Below are positions 10,666 to 19,430 of a stretch of 64,000 bases of DNA, piece after piece; position 1 is the stretch's first letter; every line of letters starts with the position of its first letter. The position numbers were made by a program, and so were the translations under genes. Below the pieces are notes generated by a model. It saw only the letters and a program-made list of their open reading frames with translations, was not told where the DNA came from and made no database searches. This stretch comes from an uncultured Actinomycetota bacterium (lineage in GTDB: Bacteria; Actinomycetota; Acidimicrobiia; Spongiisociales; UBA4744): assembly GCA_963715305.1 (NCBI GenBank), contig CAVQSB010000019.1, positions 19,072-83,071 on the forward strand, read 5' to 3'.

Positions 10666-11566
10666 CTATCCCCCGATCGCAACGCAGGAAGGACCCTGCG
10701 GATAGGGAACGGTCTTGACCGAAGCGCGAGCCGGTCTGGATCACGGCGCCGGTGTCGATGATGAGGTGCCCATCCTCGGTGACTTCGATGACGAACCGAT
10801 CGAGGTTGCGGGGGGCCGGGCCACCTTCGTACTCACCGACGAAGTTGTATTTGGAACCATGGCAAGGACATTCAAAACCTTGTGAGGTCGCACACCAGGG
10901 CACCCGGCAGCCCAGGTGCACGCATTTCTGCCATAAGGCCGTGAGCCCTCCGGCGACAACACTCTTTCCTTCGAATTGAACTCCTGCAGCCTCATCGAAG
11001 GGCATGACGTAGGCGCGCGCATCGGGGATGAAGAGGGGCTGCACCGAACCATCCGGCAGGAAGACCTGGGCGCGCACGTCCTCGACCAACCCGGCGTCGA
11101 TCTTGCCGCCAAACCCTCCCGACAGCTTGGGCCAGAAGAAGGCAAGCATCGACAACCCCATCAAGCCCAGATAGCCGCCGAAGGTCGTGAGCAGCGCCCG
11201 GTTGAAGAACTGCCGGCGCGTGACGCCGGCTTCCTCGGGCGAAACCTCGACAACCCGTTGGACCTCGGCGACCGCCACGGCGGCCGATGCGGCGGCTGCA
11301 GCGGCGGGAGCCTCGACAGGTTCTCCAGGCCCTTCGTCGATTTCGTCAAGGCCTTCTTCAACCGGCTGCGGTTCGACCACCGGCGCCGGAGTTATGACCG
11401 GAGCCGACTTCTCCGAGACATCGGCGGCCCGGGTTTCCCTGGAGAGAGCCGACCGCCAGTCCGTTTCTTTCTCCCCGCCGCGCCGGTAGGCGATGGCGAA
11501 CGCCGCCAAGGCCGCCAGAAGGCACACCGCACCAATCGACACAATGAGGATCTGCTGTGTGCTCAT
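10559..11566 (-). CDS. Rieske [2Fe-2S] iron-sulfur subunit of a quinol:cytochrome c reductase (QcrA/PetC-like)
   Basis: Box I CVHLGCRV and box II CPCHGSKY, with an N-terminal TM (MSTQQILIVSIGAVCLLAALAAFAIAY). The C-terminal boundary is uncertain because the ORF runs on without a stop into the qcrC-like start. Confidence 0.7.
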   Translation of the reverse strand: MSTQQILIVSIGAVCLLAALAAFAIAYRRGGEKETDWRSALSRETRAADVSEKSAPVITPAPVVEPQPVEEGLDEIDEGPGEPVEAPAAAAAASAAVAVAEVQRVVEVSPEEAGVTRRQFFNRALLTTFGGYLGLMGLSMLAFFWPKLSGGFGGKIDAGLVEDVRAQVFLPDGSVQPLFIPDARAYVMPFDEAAGVQFEGKSVVAGGLTALWQKCVHLGCRVPWCATSQGFECPCHGSKYNFVGEYEGGPAPRNLDRFVIEVTEDGHLIIDTGAVIQTGSRFGQDRSLSAGSFLRCDRGIGGQQHHCHHGRRAGCHRLAGLSGVPTACEAAAEKR

Positions 11567-12050
11567 TCGAAGGAAATCCAGTCTTTGAGATCGTCGAACC
11601 AAATGCCGTCCGACCATGGATAGCTGAAGTTGAAGCCCGGGCCCCGGAACAGAACCCCGATGATCGTCAGGGTTGCGGAGGCAACCAGGAAGAAGGTGAA
11701 GAACGCAATGGCGAACTTGCGGTCGGACGGTTTCGTTGACGGGTTGCGGTCTACATACGGAACTGCCATCAAGCCGATCAAACCGACCACGGTCGGAACC
11801 AGGACTCCCCCGACCTGTGGATCGAAGTAGGACAGGAGTTCCTGCAAACCAAGGAAATACCAGGGTGCCTTGGACGGGTTGGGAGTCAGGTTGAAGTTGG
11901 CGAGGTCCAGAAGGGGAGCTTGCAGGATGACGCTGAGCACGACCAGCAGTGCAGTCACGGCCAGCAAAGCAACGAATTCGATCAGGAGCAGGTGCGGCCA
12001 GACGCTCACCTTGTCGGTCGGTTCGGCTTTCACCTGTTGAATCGACTTGG
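11563..12050 (-). CDS. Cytochrome b subunit IV-like (C-terminal half of cytochrome b, PetD-like) membrane domain
   Basis: PNPSKAPWYFLGLQELL, the characteristic PEWY-type motif of cyt b C-terminal domain/subunit IV, plus 3 TM helices. Upstream it is joined in-frame (after frame corrections) to the Ala/Pro linker and motif repeats at 12047..12861. Confidence 0.6.
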
Positions 12051-12861
12051 CGCGAACCACCGTTAAGAGCCGCTGCGGGCGAACCCCTTCGGGGGTTCCG
12101 GCCGGTGGAACGACCGGCGGAGCGGTGATGGTCGTGGTGCGGCCCCCCGGAGCCTCTGAAGCAGGTTCGGCAGCTGACGCAGCCGCCGCCGCCGGCGCAA
12201 CCACCGCAGCGGCTCGCGACCGCCGCGCAGGCTGCGGAGCCGCCGGAGCAGGCTCAACAACCGCGGGAGCGGGCGCTTCCGCGGCCGGTTCCGAAACCGG
12301 AGGACTCGGCGTCCCCCGGTCATCTCCGCCAGGATGTCCTCAACCGGACGACCGGTCGCCTTGGCCTTCGCCTCCGCCGAACGGCGCAACAACGCCTCAG
12401 GAATCTTCGACGCAGCCGCAGCCGCCGCCGGCGCAACCACCGCAGCAGGCTCAACAACCACCGGAGCAGGCTCAACCGCCATCCAGCGAGCACCGGTTCC
12501 GAAACCGGAGACTCGGCGTCCCCGGTCATCTCCGCCAGGATGTCCTCAACCGGACGACCGGTCGCCTTGGCCTTCGCCTCCGCCGAACGGCGCAACAACG
12601 CCTCAGGAATCTTCGACGCAGCCGCCGCCGCCGCCGGCGCAACCACCGCAGCAGGCTCAACAACCGCCGGGGCGGGCTTCGACAACCGACAAGCGCGGGT
12701 TGTTCGACATCGGCCGCTGGTTCGGCGGGTGCCTGCTGAGGCGCAGCAGCCATCTTTCCCAGCGCGTTCTCGCGAGCTGCGGCCTCCCGAGCCTGAAGAT
12801 CTTCGGGAATCGTCGTGCCGGGCGTGTCGGCGCTCACACCGCCGGAGACTTCCTCAATCAA
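12047..12861 (-). repeat. Coding tandem repeats: a copy ending near 12290 and two near-identical 206-bp copies at 12291..12496 and 12497..12700, each encoding AAVVAPAAAAAASKIPEALLRRSAEAKAKATGRPVEDILAEMTG, preceded by a divergent copy (TTIPEDLQAREAAARENALGKM); the frame is broken between copies
   Basis: ORFs 12334.. and 12540.. (plus strand) start with 42 identical residues, so the period is 206 nt. Minus-strand ORFs 12063..12482 and 12320..12685 both contain the identical peptide. Copy A reads cgtcccccggtc and copy B reads cgtccccggtc, a homopolymer-length difference. Confidence 0.65.
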
Positions 12862-12989
12862 CGCGGACGGGCTTCGGCCCCTTCGGGGGCCAGGCCCATG
12901 TCTGCCAGGACCTGCTCGAGTGGCACGCCAAGGGCCTTGGCACGCGCTTCGGCGGACCTCCGGAGAAGATGCTCTGGGATTTCGGGCAT
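12858..12989 (-). CDS. Mini-ORF (43 aa) made of one copy of the recurring module: MPEIPEHLLRRSAEARAKALGVPLEQVLADMGLAPEGAEARPR
   Basis: ATG at 12989 is preceded by AAGGAG 7 nt upstream and sits 11 nt after the cytochrome b6 stop. The ORF is below the 60-aa track threshold and was found by manual translation. Confidence 0.4.
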   Translation of the reverse strand: MPEIPEHLLRRSAEARAKALGVPLEQVLADMGLAPEGAEARPR

Positions 12990-12999
12990 GTGGTTCTCC

Positions 13000-13773
13000 T
13001 TAGAGGGGTCCCGAGATCCCGCCGTCTTTGCGTACCCGCCAGAAGTGAACGGCCATGAAGATCACGATGATGAACGGGAGGAAGAGAACATGCAGCACGT
13101 AGAAACGGAGCAGGGTGCTGCCGGTGACTTCGACGCCTCCGAGGAGGCCGAACTTGACCTGCTCACCGAAGACCGGCACGAACCCGGCCATGTTGCTGCC
13201 CACGGTCACCGCCCACAACGCCAACTGGTCCCACGGCAACAGGTAACCGGTGAAGGACAAGAGGAGGGTCAAGAACAGCAGGACCACCCCGACAACCCAG
13301 TTGAACTCACGGGGCGGTTTGTAGGCGCCGTGATAGAACACGCGCGACATGTGGAGGAACACGGTGAGCACCATGAGGTGAGCACCCCAGCGGTGCATGT
13401 TCCTGACCAGCGACCCGAAAGCGACACTCGTCGAAAGGGCCTCGATGTCGGCATAGGCGGCCGGGACCGTTGGCCGGTAGTAGAACATCAAGAAGATGCC
13501 GGTGATCGTGAGCAAGATGAAGAGGAAGAAGCTCAGGCCACCCAGACACAGGGTGTAGGAAAGCCGCACGCCGTGGCGCTTCACCTTCACCGGGTGCAGG
13601 TGATAGAGCACGTTGTTCATGATCACGTACGAGCGGTTGCGGGGGCTGTCGGTGTAGCCCTTCTTGAACGGTGACCCGGGCCGGAAGATGCTCTCCCAGG
13701 CCTGGCTGGCGCGAACCCGTTCTCCGACCTCGCCAACCCTTTCCTTGAGGCTCGTCTTGTCTCCGTTTGCCAA
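13000..13773 (-). CDS. Cytochrome b6-like (N-terminal four-helix heme-binding half of cytochrome b)
   Basis: 257 aa with 4 TM helices. His pairs are in the typical b6 positions ([38 protein letters not shown]; [22 protein letters not shown]). Split b6/subunit-IV organisation. Confidence 0.75.
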   Translation of the reverse strand: MANGDKTSLKERVGEVGERVRASQAWESIFRPGSPFKKGYTDSPRNRSYVIMNNVLYHLHPVKVKRHGVRLSYTLCLGGLSFFLFILLTITGIFLMFYYRPTVPAAYADIEALSTSVAFGSLVRNMHRWGAHLMVLTVFLHMSRVFYHGAYKPPREFNWVVGVVLLFLTLLLSFTGYLLPWDQLALWAVTVGSNMAGFVPVFGEQVKFGLLGGVEVTGSTLLRFYVLHVLFLPFIIVIFMAVHFWRVRKDGGISGPL

Positions 13774-13788
13774 CGTGTTTCCCTTCCC

Positions 13789-14242
13789 TTACCAGCGCAC
13801 GCCGTACGCGTACCCGTTCTTGAAATCTCGTTGCCCGGTGTCGACGGCCCAGGGCGCTTCGGACAAACCTGCCTCGATGGCCTCGTCGGCAACCGAACCG
13901 GCGAACTTGCCGAGGGTGATCACCCCGGTCGGGCACCGGTCGATGCACAGCTGGCACCGGGTGCACTCTGACTCAGTCCACAACGAAGAAGCCGGGGGCT
14001 TCCTGGTCATCAGCCGGATTGGCGACACCGTGGGCCTCGGCGATGGCCGAGGTCGAGAGGTAGTGGATGCACTTCCAGGGGCAGATGTCGACGCAACCTT
14101 CACAGAGGATGCACTCGGACTGATCGATGTGCAGAAACTGCTTCGGTCGAAGGCCCTGCTGCACGTATTCGGTTTCCACCAGAGCCAGTTGATAGTCGTC
14201 GCGGAACGGTGGGGTCTCGAACCAGACGTCGGTGCGGGCCAT
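13789..14242 (-). pseudogene. 2x[4Fe-4S] ferredoxin-type protein, frameshift near 13975
   Basis: CILCEGCVDICPWKC in ORF 13973..14242 and CTRCQLCIDRCPTG in the 13789..14676 frame. Together they form a classical dicluster ferredoxin. ATG at 14242 abuts the stop of the upstream membrane protein. Confidence 0.5.
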
Positions 14243-14243
14243 C

Positions 14244-14870
14244 TCAGTCGCCCTTCACGAGCGGCCGGCCGTACACAGACTGCTTCTCTTCTGCGGCCGC
14301 AGAAGATGTGGCTTTGCCCCAATCCTGAAGCTTGTAGGCGAAGACGATCGCCGCTCCGAGCATCACCAGGTTGTAGGTGCCTGAGACTGCGTCTTTGATG
14401 ACGGAGTAGCTGATGTCTACCTGATTGCCGAGGACCAACCAGGGGGGGATGGTGAACAGAATCCGTTGTGACGTGAACTCGAGTGGACCCTGGGTCAGGT
14501 TGAGCCACTCGGAAGGCACGACCCCGAATATGAGAACCAGTTCGATCCAGGCGATGAAAGAGCCAAAGGTGGCACGGGCCCAGGTGAGCTTGCGACCCAT
14601 GAACCACAAGAACAAGGAACCGACGATCATCAGTTGGGAACCGCCGAATCCGATGAGCTGGCCGAGCGTGACCCATTGCCAGCCGCGGGGAATCCAGCCC
14701 AGGTAGTCGACCTGGACAGGCACCACGACACCGTCGATGATCTCGGTCTCCGGGAAGAGGGCGTAGTGGGCGATGATCACACCAACTGCCAGTGCCAGGG
14801 TCCCGAGGAGCAGGGCGACGGCACCCAGCCGCGTCCTTTGTTTCTCTGTCAGCTCGGCCAACCGGTTCAT
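14244..14870 (-). CDS. Hypothetical 4-TM membrane protein at the head of the b6 cluster
   Basis: 208-aa intact ORF with TM helices at LGAVALLLGTLALAVGVIIAHY, LMIVGSLFLWFMG, FIAWIELVLIFGVV and LVMLGAAIVFAY. No recognised family. Confidence 0.4.
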   Translation of the reverse strand: MNRLAELTEKQRTRLGAVALLLGTLALAVGVIIAHYALFPETEIIDGVVVPVQVDYLGWIPRGWQWVTLGQLIGFGGSQLMIVGSLFLWFMGRKLTWARATFGSFIAWIELVLIFGVVPSEWLNLTQGPLEFTSQRILFTIPPWLVLGNQVDISYSVIKDAVSGTYNLVMLGAAIVFAYKLQDWGKATSSAAAEEKQSVYGRPLVKGD

Positions 14871-14977
14871 TGGTTAGGTCTCATCTCCATCGCCACCAAG
14901 GACGGCGTACTCTACCGCGCAGATACGGATGAGCAACGGTCAACGGGTCATTGGCAGTTGCGCAGCGACCGGTTCGC

Positions 14978-15700
14978 CTATTCGACCATTCTCCGCCGAA
15001 ACAGGAGCAGGGCCAGGGCGACGGTCACCACGGTGTAGGCGAGCACCCAGGAGAAATCGGATGCGATGGCCCCGAAACCCGCACCGTCCAGCATGACATC
15101 ACGGGTTGCGTCGAGAGCGTGCGCGAATGGAAGGGCGTTTCCGACGCTTTGGAAGACACCTCCGATAGCGTCCAGATCCATCCAGGCCCCTCCGAAGATC
15201 GTCAGGAGGAGGATGACGGCGTACGCGCCTGACAACGGCGTCAGCGGCAGGACCGATCCGAGGATCATTCCCGTGCCCACGTAGAAGATCGCAGTGACCA
15301 ACAAGACAAGGACGACTAGGCCGACGCTTCCGGCCACCTCCAACCCGAGGAGCGCTCCGATGCCGTAGAGCAAGAGCGCCTGGATGATGGCGACCGGCAG
15401 ATACGGCAACGAGTAGGCGGCAACGAGGTCTCTCGCCCGAACCGGCGCGGTGAGCAATCGGGCGAAGAGGGCGGTTTCGCGGTCACGGGAGAGCGTCATG
15501 GCCGCACTGAACATCAGCATGACGAACCCGAAGAGCACAATTCCCGGCGCTAACACCGTCGGCGAGAAAAACGCATCGACACTGCCAAAGGCCTGGAGCA
15601 CGAGCAAGAGCAGCACGGGCAGCCCGATGGTGATTCCCAGCGAGAGAGGATCTCGCCAGACTTCTTTGAAGTTCCGCTTGGCCAACTCGAGGGATCTCAT
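14978..15700 (-). CDS. ABC-2 family transporter permease
   Basis: 240 aa, 6 TM, ABC-2-type pattern. Its start overlaps the upstream ATPase stop in an ATGA arrangement. Confidence 0.6.
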   Translation of the reverse strand: MRSLELAKRNFKEVWRDPLSLGITIGLPVLLLLVLQAFGSVDAFFSPTVLAPGIVLFGFVMLMFSAAMTLSRDRETALFARLLTAPVRARDLVAAYSLPYLPVAIIQALLLYGIGALLGLEVAGSVGLVVLVLLVTAIFYVGTGMILGSVLPLTPLSGAYAVILLLTIFGGAWMDLDAIGGVFQSVGNALPFAHALDATRDVMLDGAGFGAIASDFSWVLAYTVVTVALALLLFRRRMVE

Positions 15701-16642
15701 TCTCGCAACTGCTTTCCCGTGAGACGCAGGAACACGTCATCCAGGGTGACCTGCTTCCTGTACGTGGACTGGATCGTCACCCCCAGGGGTCGCAGAATGT
15801 CCTGGATGTTGTAGACGCTTGCCTGTTCGCCCTCGATCTCAACCCTTCCGTTGACGGCCCGAACCGTCGGGTAGACCTGCCGGAGGGCGTCGAAGGCAGC
15901 CTCCGAGAGGTTCTCTCGCCTCAACGACCATCACCGACGTGTCGGCGATGCCGTCTTTCAGCTGAGCGGGAGGGCCAAGCGAGACGACCTTTCCTTCGTC
16001 GATGATGGCGACCCGGTCGGCCAGCGCATCTGCCTCTTCGAGGTAGTGGGTGGTGAGCAGAATCGTCTTCTCGCCCTTGAGGCCTTCAATGTGCTCCCAG
16101 ATGGCCCTTCTCGACTGGGGATCCAGGCCGAGGGTGGGTTCGTCGAGGAACAGCACCTGGGGATCCGAGACGAGCGCCATGGCGATGCTGAGTCTGCGTT
16201 TCATGCCCCCGGAATACTTCTTGACCCGCTCCTTGGCCCGGCTCATCAGACCCATCATCTCGAGGAGATCGCCGGATCGCTTCCTTGCCTCTTGCTTGTC
16301 GAGTCCGTGCAACCCCGCCATGAGGCTCAAGTTCTCCCAGGCATTGAGACGATCGGCAATCGCCGACTCCTGTGGCGAGACGTCAATGACCGCCTTCACG
16401 GCCAGAGGATCCTTCCGGACGTCGTGACCCATGACGATGGCGGTGCCTCCGGTCGGTCTCAGCAAACAACACAGCATCTTGATGGTGGTGGTTTTGCCTG
16501 CCCCGTTGGGTCCCAGCAGCGAAAAGAGCTCGCCGCGCTCGACGTTCAGATCGATACCGTCAACGGCGACGAACTTGCCGAATGTCCTGGAGAGACTCGA
16601 TGTCTGGATGGCACATGCAATGCTTTCAGCAGGTCGGCTCAA
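15697..16642 (-). pseudogene. ABC transporter ATP-binding protein, frameshift near 15920
   Basis: Walker A LLGPNGAGKTTTIKML, signature YSGGMKRRLSIAMAL and Walker B LFLDEPTLGLD in ORF 15839..16642. The C-terminal domain is in ORF 15697..15924 in another frame. Confidence 0.65.
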
Positions 16643-16703
16643 GAACGCTCCCGGACGTCGTACATCCTTCCTAAGGGCTCAGCCCAGGGTCAGATAGAGG
16701 ACG

Positions 16704-17105
16704 TTGGTCCCTTCGACTCTGAAATTGGACCCCGAATCCCCTTGGGGTCACTGCCGCCGGGTACCTTCCGCGTTTCCCGGCCGGCGGAGTTTCTGTCATC
16801 TGGTTTCTCTTGGGTCCGGTACCGACCTCGACAACCTCATCACGTTATGTGGATATCATCACCGACTCTTCCACGAGCACGGCTGGACCGTCACCGGCCA
16901 CCCGGACCGTCACATCACCTGGCACCGCCCCGACGGCTATCCCTTCCGAGCCCGACCGCCCGCCCGACCACTCCACCAATGGAAACACACGCTCGACCTC
17001 ATGCTCCCGATCCAACCACCCGACCGGGTCGCGCCACCCCCTACCCGCTTCTACATTGACGGGCCCGCGTTCGACGGCGAGAATTGCCGCCGTTCGACGG
17101 CATGA
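16704..17105 (+). mobile_element. Remnant of an HNH endonuclease gene of the actinobacterial 13E12/DUF222-HNH type (C-terminal HNH part only)
   Basis: DLDNLITLCGYHHRLFHEHGWTVTGHPDRHITWHRPDGY matches the HNH C-terminus of REP13E12-family proteins (from memory). There is no upstream DUF222 part, so the gene is truncated. Confidence 0.45.
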
Positions 17106-17144
17106 ACCCCGGGTCCTTTCGGAAGTCGCTGCGACTCGTCGGGT

Positions 17145-18650
17145 ATGCTCGTGCGCCGGGCACGAAAGATTCGATTCGAGGAGGGTGAGGGGTTGGCAAC
17201 CGCCACGACCGCAGCACGGTCATCACTCGTCGATTTTCTCGCGCCCCGGGATACGGATTCGGCAGCCCGAAGGCACCTGATCGCCGCCGTCATCTTTCTG
17301 CTGGTGGCCGGCTTCTTCACCATGCTGCTCTTCGTCAAGCTTGCCTACCCCAACTTCCTGGGCGGGCAGGCCTTCACCACGTACGGCCGTCTCCGCCCGA
17401 TTGCGATCTCCGCAACGGTGCTCGGGTTCGTGACTTTGATGCACATGGCCGCCATTTACTACCTCGTACCCAGACTGACCGGGGCTCGGCTCTGGAATGA
17501 ACGGCTCGCCAACCTCGGGCTCTGGCTGGCGGTCGGCGTGAACGTGGCCGCCATCGTGGCACTGGCGGCCGGGTATTCGGATGGCCGGGAGTGGCTCGAG
17601 ATCCCCTGGTGGCTCGACATCGCGGTCGTGTGTCATGCTGCTGGTGCCGGGTGCCGTTGTGGCTCGCACCATGAAGGACCGCACCGAAGAAGGACTGTTC
17701 GTATCGCTGTGGTACTTCCTGGCCGGCCTCTTCTGGGTGGTCGGGCTCTATGTGGTCGGCAACATCCCGAATCTGTACGGAGCGGCCTCACAGATCCAGT
17801 CGTCGTTCTTCGTGTCCGGGAGTGACCGAGTTGTGGCTGATCGGCATCGGTGTCGGCACCGCCTACTACCTGGTCCCCAAGATCACGGATAGCCCGCTCT
17901 TCAATCGCCAGCTGGCGCTCATCGGATTCTGGTCGCTCGCCTTTGCCGGAGCCTGGCTTGGGCAAAGCCGGTTCATCTACGGTCCCGGCCCGGAATGGCT
18001 GGAAACGACCGCCTCTGCCTTCGCTCTAGCACTGGTGGTTGCCGCCATGGCGGTGGTCACCAACCTGGTCGGAACGATGAGCGGGAAGTGGTCGATGCTG
18101 CGGGAATCGGCTGCCCTTCGATTCACGATGGTCGGTGCCGCCCTGTACCTGATCGTGGCCCTGCTTCGTTTCCTACCCGGGCTTCGTTCGGTTGCGGTCT
18201 TCACCGGCCTGACGAGTTTCGGGGACGGCACGATGGCACTGGTGCTGTTCGGCCTGGCCGGCCTGTGGGCGGCCGCCTTCGTCTATCACGCACTCCCCCG
18301 ACTCATCGGACGCGAGATCTACTCGGAACGGCTCACCAGGGTGCACCTGCGCGGCCACCCTGATCGGAGCAGGTTCGCTGGCACTGTTGCTGTGGATGGC
18401 CGGTCTCGTCTCCGGATACTCGTGGGCGGCCGGGGCGTTGACCGGCGCCTATGTCTCCGCAGGCGAAGGCTTCGCCAACACGGTCGATCAAGTCCGCCTC
18501 GCCTACAGCCTCACGGCCCTGGCAGCACTCGTGCTCTTCGGCGGTCAGGTCGTTTTCGCCTACAACACCTATCGCACCTTCACCTCCGGCACGCCGACAG
18601 TTCATGAAGCGCTGGTAGCCGGCAAGCCCGTCGAGGTGGCCGATGAGTAA
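17145..18650 (+). pseudogene. Heme-copper oxidase subunit I homolog of the cbb3 CcoN type, with 3 frame changes (about 17625, 17820, 18360) and, as read, no canonical histidine ligands
   Basis: CcoN-like motifs recalled from memory: YGRLRPIAISATV (vs fGRLRPLHTNAV), AAIYYLVPR, EWLEIPWWLDI (vs EWPIDI), GVGTAYYLVPK (vs WGHNAVGF..MYYFVPK) and AAFVYHALPRLIGREIYS (vs ALYHLYPRLFG). Followed by ccoO with an 8-nt overlap. Confidence 0.5.
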
Positions 18651-19430
18651 CGAGACATTGGCTGCAGCTGCAGAGATCATGGGTGTACCCGAACCGCTGG
18701 TGCAACGATCCGCCCAGGCTCGCGCCCAGGTCGGTGGAATCGGTGTCGACGAAATCCTGGGGGCGTGGAGCGGCGGTGCCGCCGTCACTCCTTCGGCCGC
18801 CCCTCCCCCGGCTGCCCCACCCCCCGAGCCGGAGCCAGTTCCGAAGTCAGCCCCGGCCGCCCAAGCTGTCGAACCCGTGCCCGCCCCCACCCCACCGGCC
18901 GAGGCGGCAACGGCGGTAGCCGTCCTCGGAAACACCCATCCAGGAAGGCTCACCGGTATTGACCGGGCGCCGGGAAAGCCCTGGCTTCCCTCCTGGCCGG
19001 AGTGGTCGGCCTGTTCCTGGTCGCCGTGCTCTTTGCGCTGGTCCTGCCGGCTCTTCGACGGAATACCGCAAACACCCCCGCCGAGCGGTTTGAGTGAGCT
19101 CGGGTTGCAGGGACGAGATGTCTACGTGACCGAAGGTTGCTGGTACTGCCATACCCAACAGGTGCGGCCGATCGTGACCGATGCCAAGCTCGGACCGGTA
19201 ACCCGGGCGGACCTGCTGGCATCCTTCGCTCCCGACACGCTGGGCATCCAGCGGATCGGACCGGACCTGGCCCATGCCGGGAGCCGGGAGCCGACCAACG
19301 ATCCGGCGTGGCTGACCAAATTCCTCACCAACCCGCGTCGGTGAACCAGGACAGCCTCCAACCCGGGTACGGCCATCTGTCGGACGCCGACCTGGCGGCG
19401 CTGGTCCAGTACCTTGTGGAGTCCCGATGA
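18643..19430 (+). CDS. CcoO-like monoheme cytochrome c subunit with an extra N-terminal cytoplasmic module and Pro/Ala linker; one frame change near 19340
   Basis: GCWYCHTQQVRP...GIQRIGPDLAHAG...FLTNPR is a CcoO/NorC signature. The N-terminus (MSNETLAAAAEIMGVPEPLVQRSAQARAQVGGIGVDEILGAWSGGAA) is absent from canonical CcoO. The C-terminus continues in ORF 19137..19430 (LSDADLAALVQYLVESR) and ends in an ATGA overlap with the next gene. Confidence 0.6.
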
